In this document: piece after piece, positions 19,338-29,600 of the stretch
Position numbering within the stretch: position 1 is the first letter of the stretch
Layout of the letters: every line of letters begins with the position of its first letter
DNA from: Halobacteriovoraceae bacterium
GTDB taxonomy: Bacteria; Bdellovibrionota; Bacteriovoracia; Bacteriovoracales; Bacteriovoracaceae
Assembly (NCBI GenBank): GCA_963719505.1
Contig: CAVRCF010000004.1
Location: forward strand, 32,001-96,000
DNA length: 64,000 nt
Direction: 5' to 3'
Made by a program: the position numbers and the translations under genes
The notes under the pieces: model-generated
The model's input: the letters and a program-made list of their open reading frames with translations, nothing else
Database searches by the model: none
What the model was told of the DNA's origin: nothing

Positions 19338-20714
19338 TTAAACACTCCTAACAGTAATTGTTTTTATATTTACAAATTCTTTTATGCCATTTTCTGAAAG
19401 CTCTCTTCCATGACCACTCATTTTTATTCCACCAAACGGTAGGAGAGGGTTTGACTTTACATAGTCGTTAACAGAGCAATTGCCAGTTTTTATAAGCTTT
19501 GTTGCGATATGAGTAGCTTTATCAATATCTTTTGAAAAGACTCCGCCTCCAAGGCCAAATTCGGTATCATTTGCAATCTCTAAAGCCTCATCTAATGATT
19601 CGTATTTATATAGACAAGCTACAGGCCCAAATATCTCTTGGGAGTAGGCCGGCATATTCTTCGTTACATGAGTTAGTATCGTAGGTGGATAGTAAAAACC
19701 TTCTCCTGATTGTATATTTCCACCTGTGACAGGCTTGGCACCAAGTTCAATTGACTTGGTTACTATATCGTGAAGCTCCTCTCTTAGGTCTTCTCGAGCA
19801 ATTGGCCCAATATCGACATCTTCTTCAAGAGGATCACCAATTTTCTTTGACTCAAAATCCGCTTTTAACTTCTCAAGGAAGGTATCATAGACAGTTGAGT
19901 GAACAATAAATCTCTTCGCAGCGATACAACTTTGCCCATTATTCAAAAGTCTACTTTCGGAGCACTTTGAAACAGCCAGGTCAATATCAGCATCTTCTAA
20001 AATGAGATAGGGATCATTTCCACCAAGTTCAAGAACGATCTTTTTAAGATTTTCTCCAGCTATCTTGGCCACTTTAATACCGGCTTCTGTACTTCCCGTT
20101 ATCGTAACAGCGGCAACATCTTTGTGGGCTATTAGAGGTTCTATTTCATTTGAATCAGTGACCGTCGATTGAAATACACCTTTTGGGAATTGAGCATTTT
20201 CAAATAGCTCTTGAATTAAAAGAGAACATCCAGAAACGTTGGATGCGTGTTTTAAAAGAGCTGTGTTCCCTGCCATAAGAGTCGGGGCAGCAAATCGAAA
20301 AACCTGCCAAAGTGGAAAGTTCCAGGGCATTATAGCGAGGATAAGTCCAAGGGGTTGGTAGGTGACAAAACTTTTATCATTTTCAGTTTTTACTTCTTTG
20401 TCTTTGAGAAAATCATGTGCGTTTTCGGCGTAGTACTCACAAACCTTTGCGCATTTTTCTACTTCACCTTTTGATTGTTTAATTGGCTTCCCCATTTCTT
20501 TGGTCATAAGAGCCGCAATTTCATCTTTTCTGTCAATTAAGCTTTCCTTTAGATTTTTAAAAAGTTCAGCTCTTTTTTCAAAGCTTGTTTCTTCCCACTT
20601 TGAACTTACGGACTTTGATAGTTTGATAAGGTGAAGATTGTGATTTAATCCATTTTTTTTATATTCTTCTAATGTCTTTCCATTAGAAGGATTAATTGAC
20701 CTTGTGTTGCTCAT
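19338..20714 (-). CDS. gabD: NAD(P)-dependent succinate-semialdehyde dehydrogenase
   Basis: IMPWNFP, LKHAS, TGST, LELGGNDP, GQSCIA, EIFGP, PFGGIKMSGHGRE. Confidence 0.88.
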   Translation of the reverse strand: MSNTRSINPSNGKTLEEYKKNGLNHNLHLIKLSKSVSSKWEETSFEKRAELFKNLKESLIDRKDEIAALMTKEMGKPIKQSKGEVEKCAKVCEYYAENAHDFLKDKEVKTENDKSFVTYQPLGLILAIMPWNFPLWQVFRFAAPTLMAGNTALLKHASNVSGCSLLIQELFENAQFPKGVFQSTVTDSNEIEPLIAHKDVAAVTITGSTEAGIKVAKIAGENLKKIVLELGGNDPYLILEDADIDLAVSKCSESRLLNNGQSCIAAKRFIVHSTVYDTFLEKLKADFESKKIGDPLEEDVDIGPIAREDLREELHDIVTKSIELGAKPVTGGNIQSGEGFYYPPTILTHVTKNMPAYSQEIFGPVACLYKYESLDEALEIANDTEFGLGGGVFSKDIDKATHIATKLIKTGNCSVNDYVKSNPLLPFGGIKMSGHGRELSENGIKEFVNIKTITVRSV

Positions 20715-20838
20715 AAGACTCCTCTTCTAATATTGTGGCATCGATCAGCATTTCTAAGGTCTTGATAAATGCACTTTTATCGAACTCTCTAGGTTCATTT
20801 AAAAGTTCTACTTCTGAAAAATAATTCTCTATGTTCAT
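20692..20838 (-). CDS. Small acidic hypothetical protein (48 aa), not in ORF track
   Basis: AGGAG RBS, ATG at 20838, MNIENYFSEV...EQHKVN; overlaps the gabD start. Confidence 0.55.
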   Translation of the reverse strand: MNIENYFSEVELLNEPREFDKSAFIKTLEMLIDATILEEESYEQHKVN

Positions 20839-20904
20839 CGTGATCTCTCCTGAAGTGATCATAGCCTAGAAATTTTTAAATAATTACACCAATTTGGAAT
20901 TTGA

Positions 20905-20922
20905 TGTTTAATTTTGTACACA
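20905..20922. promoter_or_regulatory. TGTNTA-N6-TANACA palindrome (copy 3)
   Basis: TGTTTAATTTTGTACACA upstream of the smallORF-gabD-yqaE operon. Confidence 0.55.
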
Positions 20923-20942
20923 TGTTTAAAATGGGACTGCAC

Positions 20943-21854
20943 TCAATTCAAATCCCTAATGTACTGATCTCTTTTATCTGGGGAAGCTTTTGCAATTGCC
21001 ATTTTGGCTGCTTGTTTATATTTAACTAACTTTTTTGAGGCTTTATAACTTAAAGCGAGATTGAACCATGCTTCAGGGAAATTTTCTTTTAGATCAATAG
21101 CTCTTTCATAGTTTTTTATCGCTAAAGTGAGTGAGTTTTTCTTAAAATAGATATTTCCAAGCCCGTAGTATGCAATTTCGCTGCTAGGCCATTTCCGTGT
21201 AATCGACTCATATGTTTTGATTGCGGCTTTGTAAGACTTTATATTTTCAAATGCTGCCGCTGATCTGACCAAATCCATCGCTGAAGCATTTTGTGACATC
21301 ATTCCAGGTTTGATGATTGAGAATGCCCAAAAGTTTGCTCTCTCCCAACTATTGTCAAAGTCTACTAGCTTCATGGTGCTATCTTTATCAGCTCCTGAAT
21401 GCATTGTGATGGTCTGTTGCTGCTTATCATAGCCGGTGATGACGGAGTAGTGCCAAAGGGGTACCCAATCAAATCCTAAGTTTCTGAAGACAATAACGGG
21501 GTTTCCAGAAGATATTTCTTGAAAAAGATCTGCATAGTTCTCAATAGGGATTGTTATAAATTGGTTAAGTCTAGCTGCAGAAATCATATCTTGTTGGAAT
21601 GTCCCACTGGCAGATTGGACAAATAAAAGTTTCGACAGTTGCTCTGCTGATACATCCTTCCCATAAAACTGCATAACCATCGCCAGTGTTGATGGGCCAC
21701 AAAAATCTTTTTTTTGGGAAATGAAAGGGACATTCTGGACTTGGGCTGATGGAGGTAGATTATCGATTCTTTTCTGATTGCTAGGAGAGTGTGCAACAAT
21801 TGATGCACACCCTATGATATTAAACAGACTTAAAAGTAATAAAACTTTTATCAT
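20943..21854 (-). CDS. PA2778-family C39-like cysteine peptidase lipoprotein with TPRs
   Basis: Lipobox IIGC, VPFISQKKDFCGPSTLAM, PLWHYSVITGYD, C-terminal TPR repeats. Confidence 0.88.
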   Translation of the reverse strand: MIKVLLLLSLFNIIGCASIVAHSPSNQKRIDNLPPSAQVQNVPFISQKKDFCGPSTLAMVMQFYGKDVSAEQLSKLLFVQSASGTFQQDMISAARLNQFITIPIENYADLFQEISSGNPVIVFRNLGFDWVPLWHYSVITGYDKQQQTITMHSGADKDSTMKLVDFDNSWERANFWAFSIIKPGMMSQNASAMDLVRSAAAFENIKSYKAAIKTYESITRKWPSSEIAYYGLGNIYFKKNSLTLAIKNYERAIDLKENFPEAWFNLALSYKASKKLVKYKQAAKMAIAKASPDKRDQYIRDLN

Positions 21855-22219
21855 ATTTTTTGAGCTAAATATATAATCAGAAGTACAAGCACAACTGTAA
21901 CTAAGATTCCTCCTGCTTTAGCTTGGTTCATGTTCTTCTGTAAACTTTGAATCTCAGCGTCACTTAAACTTGCAAGTTTGGAGTCAATTTGATTTACACT
22001 AAAGCCATTTGATGCAATTAGAGAAGCTGCTTCTTCTGTCTTCAGCAGTGTTGCAAGTTCTTTTTCCGTCGCTTTCCTGTCCATAGCATTTACCATGTCC
22101 ATAGTAGAGATGATTTCGACTCTGTTATGTGATTGAGAGGCATGGGCAATAGGTTGATTGATATTAAAAAATACAATACTTAAAATTATGCATAAACCGC
22201 CACGAAAATTTGTTCTCAT
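21851..22219 (-). CDS. PA2779-family protein
   Basis: Signal peptide, LASLSDAEI, AGG followed by a hydrophobic tail; adjacent to the PA2778-like peptidase. Confidence 0.85.
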   Translation of the reverse strand: MRTNFRGGLCIILSIVFFNINQPIAHASQSHNRVEIISTMDMVNAMDRKATEKELATLLKTEEAASLIASNGFSVNQIDSKLASLSDAEIQSLQKNMNQAKAGGILVTVVLVLLIIYLAQKI

Positions 22220-22308
22220 TGAAATTCTCCTTTATTATTTTTCAATTAAGCTTTGTCTAGCATTTTAGCCCCAAAGTGAGGCAAATATGTGATGTGAATA
22301 TGTACTTA

Positions 22309-22326
22309 TGTGTAGATATTTACACA
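22309..22326. promoter_or_regulatory. TGTNTA-N6-TANACA palindrome (copy 4)
   Basis: TGTGTAGATATTTACACA, a near-perfect palindrome upstream of the PA2779-like gene. Confidence 0.6.
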
Positions 22327-22327
22327 A

Positions 22328-22723
22328 CTAGTAGGTTTTATGACCCTTTTTCCAGTCAACATTCATTGCGTTTAATGTCTCTTTGTCCAAAACACCAGTT
22401 ACATCGAGCTTTTTTTCAATCTGATATGCCTTAACAGCTTGTTTCGTTTCAAATCCAACAATGCCGTCTGGATTAGACTTTAAAAAACCTTGGCTCTTTA
22501 AAAGCTTTTGTGCATCTCTTACTGAAGATTTACTAACAGTGGCTTTTGGTTTTCTTGTATAGGCAGTGGGATTAAAGTCTTCGCCCATCTGAGCGACCTT
22601 GGGTGAGTTCATTACCGCAGAATTCATGTGAGAAGACTCAGTCTCCATACTGGCCAAACACAATCCGCTTGTGATCAAAATAATAATTGTAAGCTTTAAA
22701 GGTATTCCATTAAAAAATTTCAT
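22328..22723 (-). CDS. Exported peptidoglycan-binding domain protein
   Basis: VRDAQKLLKSQGF...DGIVGFETKQAVKAYQ...LDVTG. Confidence 0.88.
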   Translation of the reverse strand: MKFFNGIPLKLTIIILITSGLCLASMETESSHMNSAVMNSPKVAQMGEDFNPTAYTRKPKATVSKSSVRDAQKLLKSQGFLKSNPDGIVGFETKQAVKAYQIEKKLDVTGVLDKETLNAMNVDWKKGHKTY

Positions 22724-22738
22724 TTGTTTTCTCCAGTT

Positions 22739-23104
22739 TTATTGAATCTTCTCAAGTCCATTTGAGAAAATGTTAAGGTACGAGTTTAGTTGCTTTCGAA
22801 TCTCCATTATGTCCGACTCCATAGCAACGAGCTTCTCTTTCGTTTTCTGAGGAGCTGCATGAGGCAATGAAGTGAAAATTGTGTCTATCCTGTCAACTCG
22901 ACTTCGAAAAGTTGAGACAACTGAGTGGTAAAAAGCATGAGCAGGAGTTCTATTATTGTTTATATAGGTCTCTAAAATATCTAAGCAGCTATCAATCTCG
23001 TCAACTCTAAGTTCGAGGAATTGTTCCTTCTTACTATTGAGTTCAATTAAATCATGCGAATTTATTTTTGATTTTTTATGTGTTGTACTAAACAGATTTT
23101 TCAT
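22739..23104 (-). CDS. Hypothetical helical protein (probable paralog of 23888-24256)
   Basis: AGGAG RBS; manual alignment to the neighbour. Confidence 0.7.
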   Translation of the reverse strand: MKNLFSTTHKKSKINSHDLIELNSKKEQFLELRVDEIDSCLDILETYINNNRTPAHAFYHSVVSTFRSRVDRIDTIFTSLPHAAPQKTKEKLVAMESDIMEIRKQLNSYLNIFSNGLEKIQ

Positions 23105-23193
23105 AAAACTCCTTTCTATAAAATTTCTACTTTTATTTTATAAGGTAAAGAGTTTCAAAAGATCGAAGGTTTTTGAAGGCTTTGAGTATAAAA

Positions 23194-23886
23194 TTAAACA
23201 TTTCCCTTGGTTGTAGTAGGAAGGAACTTATATCCTCTGCCTCTAATAGTTTTTAAAATATTACTGTAGGGACCAAGCTTCTTTCTAAGTTTACTAATGT
23301 GTATGTCCACTGATCGAGTCGATATATCTGGATTGAGTCCCCATACATCTTTGAGAAGACTTTTTCGCTCTATAACTCTATATGGAGCTTTTGCAAGATA
23401 AACAAGAAGCTTATATTCAATAGGACTTAAGAGAATATCCTTAAACTCCTTTATCCCGTACTTGATGAAGGCTTTTTGGTTACTGATATTAATTTTAATT
23501 TCTTCCCAGCTTAGATTGTTTTCTTTGGACTTCGTCTTTGATATTTCTCTAACCTTTGCCTCGATACGAGCTTTTATCTCCAGTAAAGAGGTATCAGTGT
23601 GAATAAAGTCATCTGCAAATCCATTAAAACACTTTTCTAAAAATTCATCATTTTTTTGTGAACTCAGAATAATAAAATAAGTCGAAGGGTATAATTTCTT
23701 CATACGAGTAAGATATTCAAAAACCTCTCCGTTTTTGTTTAACGCACAGATGAGTATTTTATGCTCTGAAAATGATTCAAGAGAGGATATCTCTCTAAAA
23801 TTTACCTTTTGAATTTCTAGGTCAGAAACCTTAAACTGGTTTAAAATGTCCTTGGTCGTCTGACTTTCAATGATGAGAGCTTTCAT
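23194..23886 (-). CDS. Atypical OmpR-family response regulator
   Basis: Intact winged-helix domain (LSPIEYKLL, DVWG, RSVDIHISKLRKKL, TIRGRGY); degenerate receiver; start revised to 23886. Confidence 0.88.
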   Translation of the reverse strand: MKALIIESQTTKDILNQFKVSDLEIQKVNFREISSLESFSEHKILICALNKNGEVFEYLTRMKKLYPSTYFIILSSQKNDEFLEKCFNGFADDFIHTDTSLLEIKARIEAKVREISKTKSKENNLSWEEIKINISNQKAFIKYGIKEFKDILLSPIEYKLLVYLAKAPYRVIERKSLLKDVWGLNPDISTRSVDIHISKLRKKLGPYSNILKTIRGRGYKFLPTTTKGNV

Positions 23887-23887
23887 A

Positions 23888-24256
23888 CTAATGGAACACT
23901 TTCTCTTCATTTATTTGATACGTTAAAATCTTGCAAGAAAGACTTAACAACTCTTCTTCAATCCTATCATAGGCTTTAGAAGCTTTTCTGGGGTGCGTTC
24001 CTTGAGATTGCTGATAAAGTTGTTCAACCTTCTCAAAAGCGCTAAACAGGGGATTGATAGTTTTTAGGTAGTCTTTTACTGAACTACTTTTTCTCGCTTT
24101 TACTATAGATGAAAACTCTTCAAGGTCACTTTCCATTTCCTCAATTTTACTCCTTATAAGAAACTCTCTGTCTTCATTTAGTTTTTCAATTTGGGCAACG
24201 GTCAACTGACTGTATTGGGTGAAAAAATTCTTGTTATTATTTTCAACTATGTTCAT
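23888..24256 (-). CDS. Hypothetical helical protein (probable paralog of 22739-23104)
   Basis: GGAG RBS; ends just before the regulator start. Confidence 0.7.
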   Translation of the reverse strand: MNIVENNNKNFFTQYSQLTVAQIEKLNEDREFLIRSKIEEMESDLEEFSSIVKARKSSSVKDYLKTINPLFSAFEKVEQLYQQSQGTHPRKASKAYDRIEEELLSLSCKILTYQINEEKVFH

Positions 24257-24271
24257 CTTATTCTCCGTTTT

Positions 24272-24303
24272 AAAAGACGACCAGACCTTTAAGGCTGGCC
24301 GTC
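24272..24303 (-). terminator. Intrinsic terminator after pfpI
   Basis: Minus strand reads GACGGCCAGCCTT-A-AAGGTCTGGTCGTC-TTTT. Confidence 0.65.
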
Positions 24304-24313
24304 AAGGCTTATA

Positions 24314-24874
24314 TTACCTAGGAATGCTGTGGACGCCTTCTCGAAATTCCTCGATCATTTTGTCGAGAAATGGTTCAAGGTCTTCTGGGGTTCTTGAAGT
24401 GACAAGTCCTTTGTCTACAACAACTTCCCTGTCTACCCAGTTCGCCCCAGCATTTTTTAAATCTTTTTTAATAGAGCTAAAAGAGGTCATCGTTCTTCCA
24501 GCTACAGCCTCAGCGTTGATTAACACCATCGGACCGTGACAGATTGCCGCAACAGGCTTTTGCTTAGATTCTTTGAAAAAACCCTTAACAAAATTTACAG
24601 CTTTTTCATTGTCTCGTAGTTTATCGGGGTTTATAACGCCGCCAGGAATTAAAAGAGCATCGAAATCATCTGAATTGGCAGAATCGAGAGTCATATCTAC
24701 ATCTATCTCTTTTCCCAAATTTCCATCCTTCCATGATTTGATTGCTTTTCTATCTGGTGATACAATCACTGTATTAGCTCCAGCCTCTTTGAGGGCTTTG
24801 AGTGGAACTGTTAATTCACTTTCCTCAAAACCATCTGTGGCGAGAATTGCGATTTTTCTTTTGTCTAATTTCAT
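24314..24874 (-). CDS. pfpI: PfpI/DJ-1-family protein (YhbO/GSP18-like)
   Basis: DGFEESEL, IPGGVINPDKLR, AAICHGP, VTSRTPEDL. Confidence 0.93.
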   Translation of the reverse strand: MKLDKRKIAILATDGFEESELTVPLKALKEAGANTVIVSPDRKAIKSWKDGNLGKEIDVDMTLDSANSDDFDALLIPGGVINPDKLRDNEKAVNFVKGFFKESKQKPVAAICHGPMVLINAEAVAGRTMTSFSSIKKDLKNAGANWVDREVVVDKGLVTSRTPEDLEPFLDKMIEEFREGVHSIPR

Positions 24875-25025
24875 AAAAACTCCTTTTTAAAATTCATCTT
24901 GTATACATAGTAGCTTCCGATAGCGCTTAGTTCATGATTTAAGGTTGATCAATCTGTGAATTTTGCTACACAAGAAATTTATATTTGAGTCTTTCCCTTT
25001 CAAGGATAAGTGGTATCCTTGTTCA

Positions 25026-26663
25026 ATGGAAGGTATAGAAAAAAGCAAAGTGTATCTCAAGCTCTCAAAGTATTTATTAAAGTACTCTGATTTCTCCTCT
25101 GGCATGCAAGATGTCGAGAGTAGTTCATTGGGAAAATCTACGAGTAGGACAGAGGATGCGAAAAATTTTGTCAAAGACATCGAAAGTCTAGGTCCCACAT
25201 TCATAAAACTTGGTCAAGTTTTGTCGACACGAAAAGAAATTCTACCGATAGAGTTTACATCAGAGTTATGTAAACTCCACAGTGATGTCGATCCAATCGA
25301 CTATTCAATCATTGAAGAAATTGTTGAAAATGAGCTCGGGGCAAAAATTAAGTCAGTCTTTCATTCCTTCGAAAAAGAGCCGCTCGCTGCAGCGTCTCTC
25401 GGTCAAGTCCATAGAGCTGTTCTTAAATCTGGACAGCAAGTCGTTGTAAAAATACAAAGGCCAAACATATATAAAAAGATTAAAGAAGATTTAGAACTTA
25501 TTTACAGCGTGGTTGGATACCTCGAGAAGTTTTCAGAAACCGTCAGGCGTTTTAACCCTAAGTCGATGATAGAAGAATTTGAGAGAACACTTCTTCAGGA
25601 GCTCGACTATAATGAGGAAGCCCACAATCTTGAGGTTATCTCAGCGAATTTAACTAAATTTAAGAAGATCGTTTTTCCTAAGGTTTATGAAAGCTATACA
25701 ACTCACAAAATTCTGACAATGGATTTCATTGATGGCAGAAAGTTTTCAAATATATCAAATATAGCTATGACGGAGTTAAATGGGAAAGAAATAGCACATG
25801 ATGTTTTCGAGGCTTACCTTAAACAAATTTTTGTCGATGGATTCTTTCATTCTGATCCCCATTTGGGCAACTTACTCTTTGTTGAGCCAGACAGTATCGG
25901 GATCCTCGACTTGGGAATGGTAACAAAGTTAGGACCTGAACTGAGAAGTGAGCTCCTCAGCCTCATCGTGGCCATAAGCGAGGGGAGAGGATATGAAGCC
26001 TCAGAGATAGCCTATAGACTTGTCTATCCGATTGAGTCTGTCACAGAGGACATGGATTTCTTTAAAAAAAGTTTATCTCGAATGGTAAAAGATGAGCATG
26101 GAAGGTCTGTTGAAAGAATTAAAGCGGGAACAATTTTATTTGAAGTCTGTAAGATTGCCTCAAGTGCTGGTTTATATTTTCCACCTGAATTAAGCTCCAT
26201 AGCCAGAACTTTAATGTATTTGGAAGAGTTGGGTTCTATTCTCGATCCTAGCTTTGATCCAAACGAAGCCGTAAGGGATCAATCAATTAAGCTTTTAAAA
26301 GATAACTTTAAGTCCGATCTAAGCTTGTCAGATGTTTTTTTAAGCTCGGTTGAGGCCAAGAGGATTGTCGAAAAAATTCCCTCAAATTTAAATAAAATTC
26401 TCGAAGACCTCGCAAATAAAAAATTTAAGATTAAGGTTGATGCCATTGATGAAGACAAAGTTATGGTCGGTATTCAAAAAATAGCCAATAGAATCACAAG
26501 TGGTTTGATATTGGCTGCTCTTATTATTGGAGCAGCGATGTTAATGAATATTAAAACGAACTTTATTCTTTTTGGGTATCCAGGATTTGCAATCATTTTG
26601 TTTTTGATTGCAACATTTGGAAGTTTAATTCTTCTTGTTAATATATTCTTTAGAGATGAATAA
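25026..26663 (+). CDS. AarF/UbiB/ABC1-family kinase
   Basis: LGPTFIKLGQ, AAASLGQVH, VVKIQRP, ELDY, HSDPHLGN, LDLGM, two C-terminal TM helices; start revised. Confidence 0.92.
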   Translation: MEGIEKSKVYLKLSKYLLKYSDFSSGMQDVESSSLGKSTSRTEDAKNFVKDIESLGPTFIKLGQVLSTRKEILPIEFTSELCKLHSDVDPIDYSIIEEIVENELGAKIKSVFHSFEKEPLAAASLGQVHRAVLKSGQQVVVKIQRPNIYKKIKEDLELIYSVVGYLEKFSETVRRFNPKSMIEEFERTLLQELDYNEEAHNLEVISANLTKFKKIVFPKVYESYTTHKILTMDFIDGRKFSNISNIAMTELNGKEIAHDVFEAYLKQIFVDGFFHSDPHLGNLLFVEPDSIGILDLGMVTKLGPELRSELLSLIVAISEGRGYEASEIAYRLVYPIESVTEDMDFFKKSLSRMVKDEHGRSVERIKAGTILFEVCKIASSAGLYFPPELSSIARTLMYLEELGSILDPSFDPNEAVRDQSIKLLKDNFKSDLSLSDVFLSSVEAKRIVEKIPSNLNKILEDLANKKFKIKVDAIDEDKVMVGIQKIANRITSGLILAALIIGAAMLMNIKTNFILFGYPGFAIILFLIATFGSLILLVNIFFRDE

Positions 26664-29600
26664 TTAATCAATGAGTGGAATTGTAGTTGATCCTGATTGG
26701 TAGAAAAAGGGTTCTACAATTCCAAACAGTGTATCTCCGATAATTTCCATTTGTTCGATCTCAAATCGATCATTATTTCCTTGAAGAGTGTTGCTTTCTT
26801 TAATTTCGTCAATGTCTCCTGGAAAGGCACTCAGAGTGCTAAAGAGACGGACATCTCTTTTGTATTCTTTGTCTTTAGCAAAGGAGATCATGAATTTTGC
26901 TATATCATTTTTAAAATTTCTATCATAGAAAAACTTAGATATTCTTTTGAGATACCTGTCTTTTGTCTGTTGAATAGGACTTGCTATTAACTTGTCGTAA
27001 TTTCTTTTTGCTCTATTATAGCGACGCCTTAGTCCTTTAAATTTGCGGTGAAAGTCAGGATTTAGTTGAGTATTTTTACAGACATTCTCAACTTGTGGAA
27101 CTTTTCGATAGCGAGCGAAATTAATGCATAGTTTTTCTTGTGAAAATTTATTACTAAAGAATCTCTTTATAATATTCTTATCGAAGACGATATTGACATC
27201 AGCTGAAAAGGCACCCATATAAAATTTGACGTGCTCTACGCTAAAAGGAATAAGGTCCTCAGGAAGTAGGTCTCTATATTTGGTAAGGAACTTTTTCAAG
27301 TCCTCTCTTTTTGCTGCTTGCTGGTAGTATTTTAGGTCAATTGCGACATTTATATCTTTGTCATCGTCAATATAAGCTGTACTTGAAAGTTGATCTGTCG
27401 AGGTTTCTAAGTTTCTAAAACCAGCTGAGTTTGTTCTAAAAACAAAGTATCTATCAGTTAAGACGGTATTATCCCGGTTATTGAAATATTGCCTGAAAGC
27501 CCTATAGGTGATTCTATTATTTCCAAAAAGATAGAAGAAGTTAAAGAGTCGCCGAGATGTTCTGAGACGAGTCTGTCTTACGATACTTGGAGACTTACTA
27601 CATTTTTGGTTTATCTTTAAGCATTCTTTAAGTTCAGGTTCTAGTTTGTCAGTTTTAAAACTTACGATCTTATCTTCAAAATTAGCAGTTGACGTGCTCA
27701 CTCCAGCGATTGGAAAGCGTAATAAAAAATCAAATAGATTAAAACTCAGGTCAAAATCAAAGATTGATCCTTTGTTATATCGAAGACTTAGTTCTTTTCT
27801 CTTTTTTTGTTATAAGTGTTCTTCTGAAGTTTGCAGATGATCCAGCAAGTGTCACTGATGCGAAGGGAACCATCTGAAAAGGACGAACCCTTGCTCTTGC
27901 ACCAAGGCCAAAGTAGTGATTGATAAAAAGCTTTTCATCTTCCTCAAGTAGCTCGATTCCCTCATCAAAGTGTGGCAGGAAATTATTCTCATCGATCTTA
28001 AGTATTTGAGGTCTATTCACAAATGTCATAATATTATCGATTTCTCGAACCTTTATATACTCTTTCATGTAGTAGACTTTTCCACTTGCATTATTTTCTA
28101 CTAAGCTCGATAGGTTGATTCCCAAACTAGTTGTAAAATGATCGTCATGCTTTCCAATAAATATTCCAGCTCTGAAACACATCCACTTGCATAAGTTGTT
28201 TTGGAGAATCTGGATTTGGGTTATTGATGACATAACGAAGCGGAACTAGGCCTTGAACTCCAACCTGCATGGCATTTAAAAAACAGGTTCCACCACAGAG
28301 ACTGATAAGATTATTAGGCCTTATTCGAGATGTAAAAAATCCAAGACCTTGATTCGATATATAACTTCCTCGCAAAATGTGGTCATTAGCCAATGATAAT
28401 GCTCTTCTTTTCAAAACGTATGTGATTTTTTGGCGCATAAAACTTTGAGGAGAGTTAGCCCGAAAGTCCCTAAAGGCAGCTCCCCAATATCTTGGAAAGT
28501 TCTCTTGTGTTGAGTCATAAATTAAATTTTCTGGATCGTGAAGTTGGCCGTTATCAAATAGAGACTCATGGCCTTCGATTGTACCGTTAAACTCTTTTAA
28601 AAGTTTAATGGTAAATTCTTTGCCCTCGTCATCTAGAAAAGTATTATTCTCCATTCCTAATATTCTAACCAATTCATTTCTCTTCTTTGCAAAAAGGAGA
28701 GAGTAGTATTTGGCTATTATATCTGGATATCCACCAGAGACGAAGGCTTTGTATATCTGGCCGTTACTCAGTTGTGCTATCCTTCTTGTAATCCACTTAG
28801 CATCGTCAAAATTGAGAAGATGTTTTTGACCATACTTAAATATTCTCAAATAGTTAAATTCGATTAAATTAGGTGTAGCATTTTTTATAAGTTTAAAGTT
28901 ATAGAGGTTTGGGTAACCAGTTCCCAAAGAGGAGCCCATATCTGAATTAGAGAGCATCACTTTATACTGAGTTTTTCCGTTTTCAGTAAATGGGACGATC
29001 TTAACCTTTGTGTTATCATCTTTAATATCTGGATCCATGATTAATGCCATAAATAAATAAAGAGCTCTATGTTCTCGCTTTAAGCCTTTACCAATAGCCG
29101 TTCTATTAAAGAAACCAATATTAGAATCTGTCTCTATATTAGATTTTTGTTCAAGGGTCGCTCCACGAATCAAGATAAAGGGTCTACCTTTTTTATCTAT
29201 TCTTACATCGTTCAAGGCTGAATGGGCATTAAACGCTATACCATATTTAACATTAAGGTTTTGGATCAGCTTTTCCCTAACTTGCTCAAATGATTGATCA
29301 GGGAACTCTTTGTGCGAAATATAAAGCTTTATCTTTTTTTGAAAGTAAGTCGGGTCAACAGTGTAGCCAATGGAGTGTGCCAGAGTATTAACCACAGGCT
29401 CAACATTTGTCTCGCTTCCCCAAAGATGTTTTTTGACTTGTTCAAGCTCGTTAAATGTGTCGGATCCTTCTTGTTTGTTTGTAATGGGCTTTAACTTAAA
29501 CTTTTCTCCATTGATATAGATATCAAATTTTATCGTGTTTCCACCACTGAAATTATCACCTCTATACTCTGCTACTATCTCTTGGTTAGGGTCAACAATT

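Noticed and set aside
27800-27810. A-AAA-AAG slippery heptamer as a programmed -1 frameshift
   Set aside because: The shift needed to rejoin the ORFs is +1, not -1
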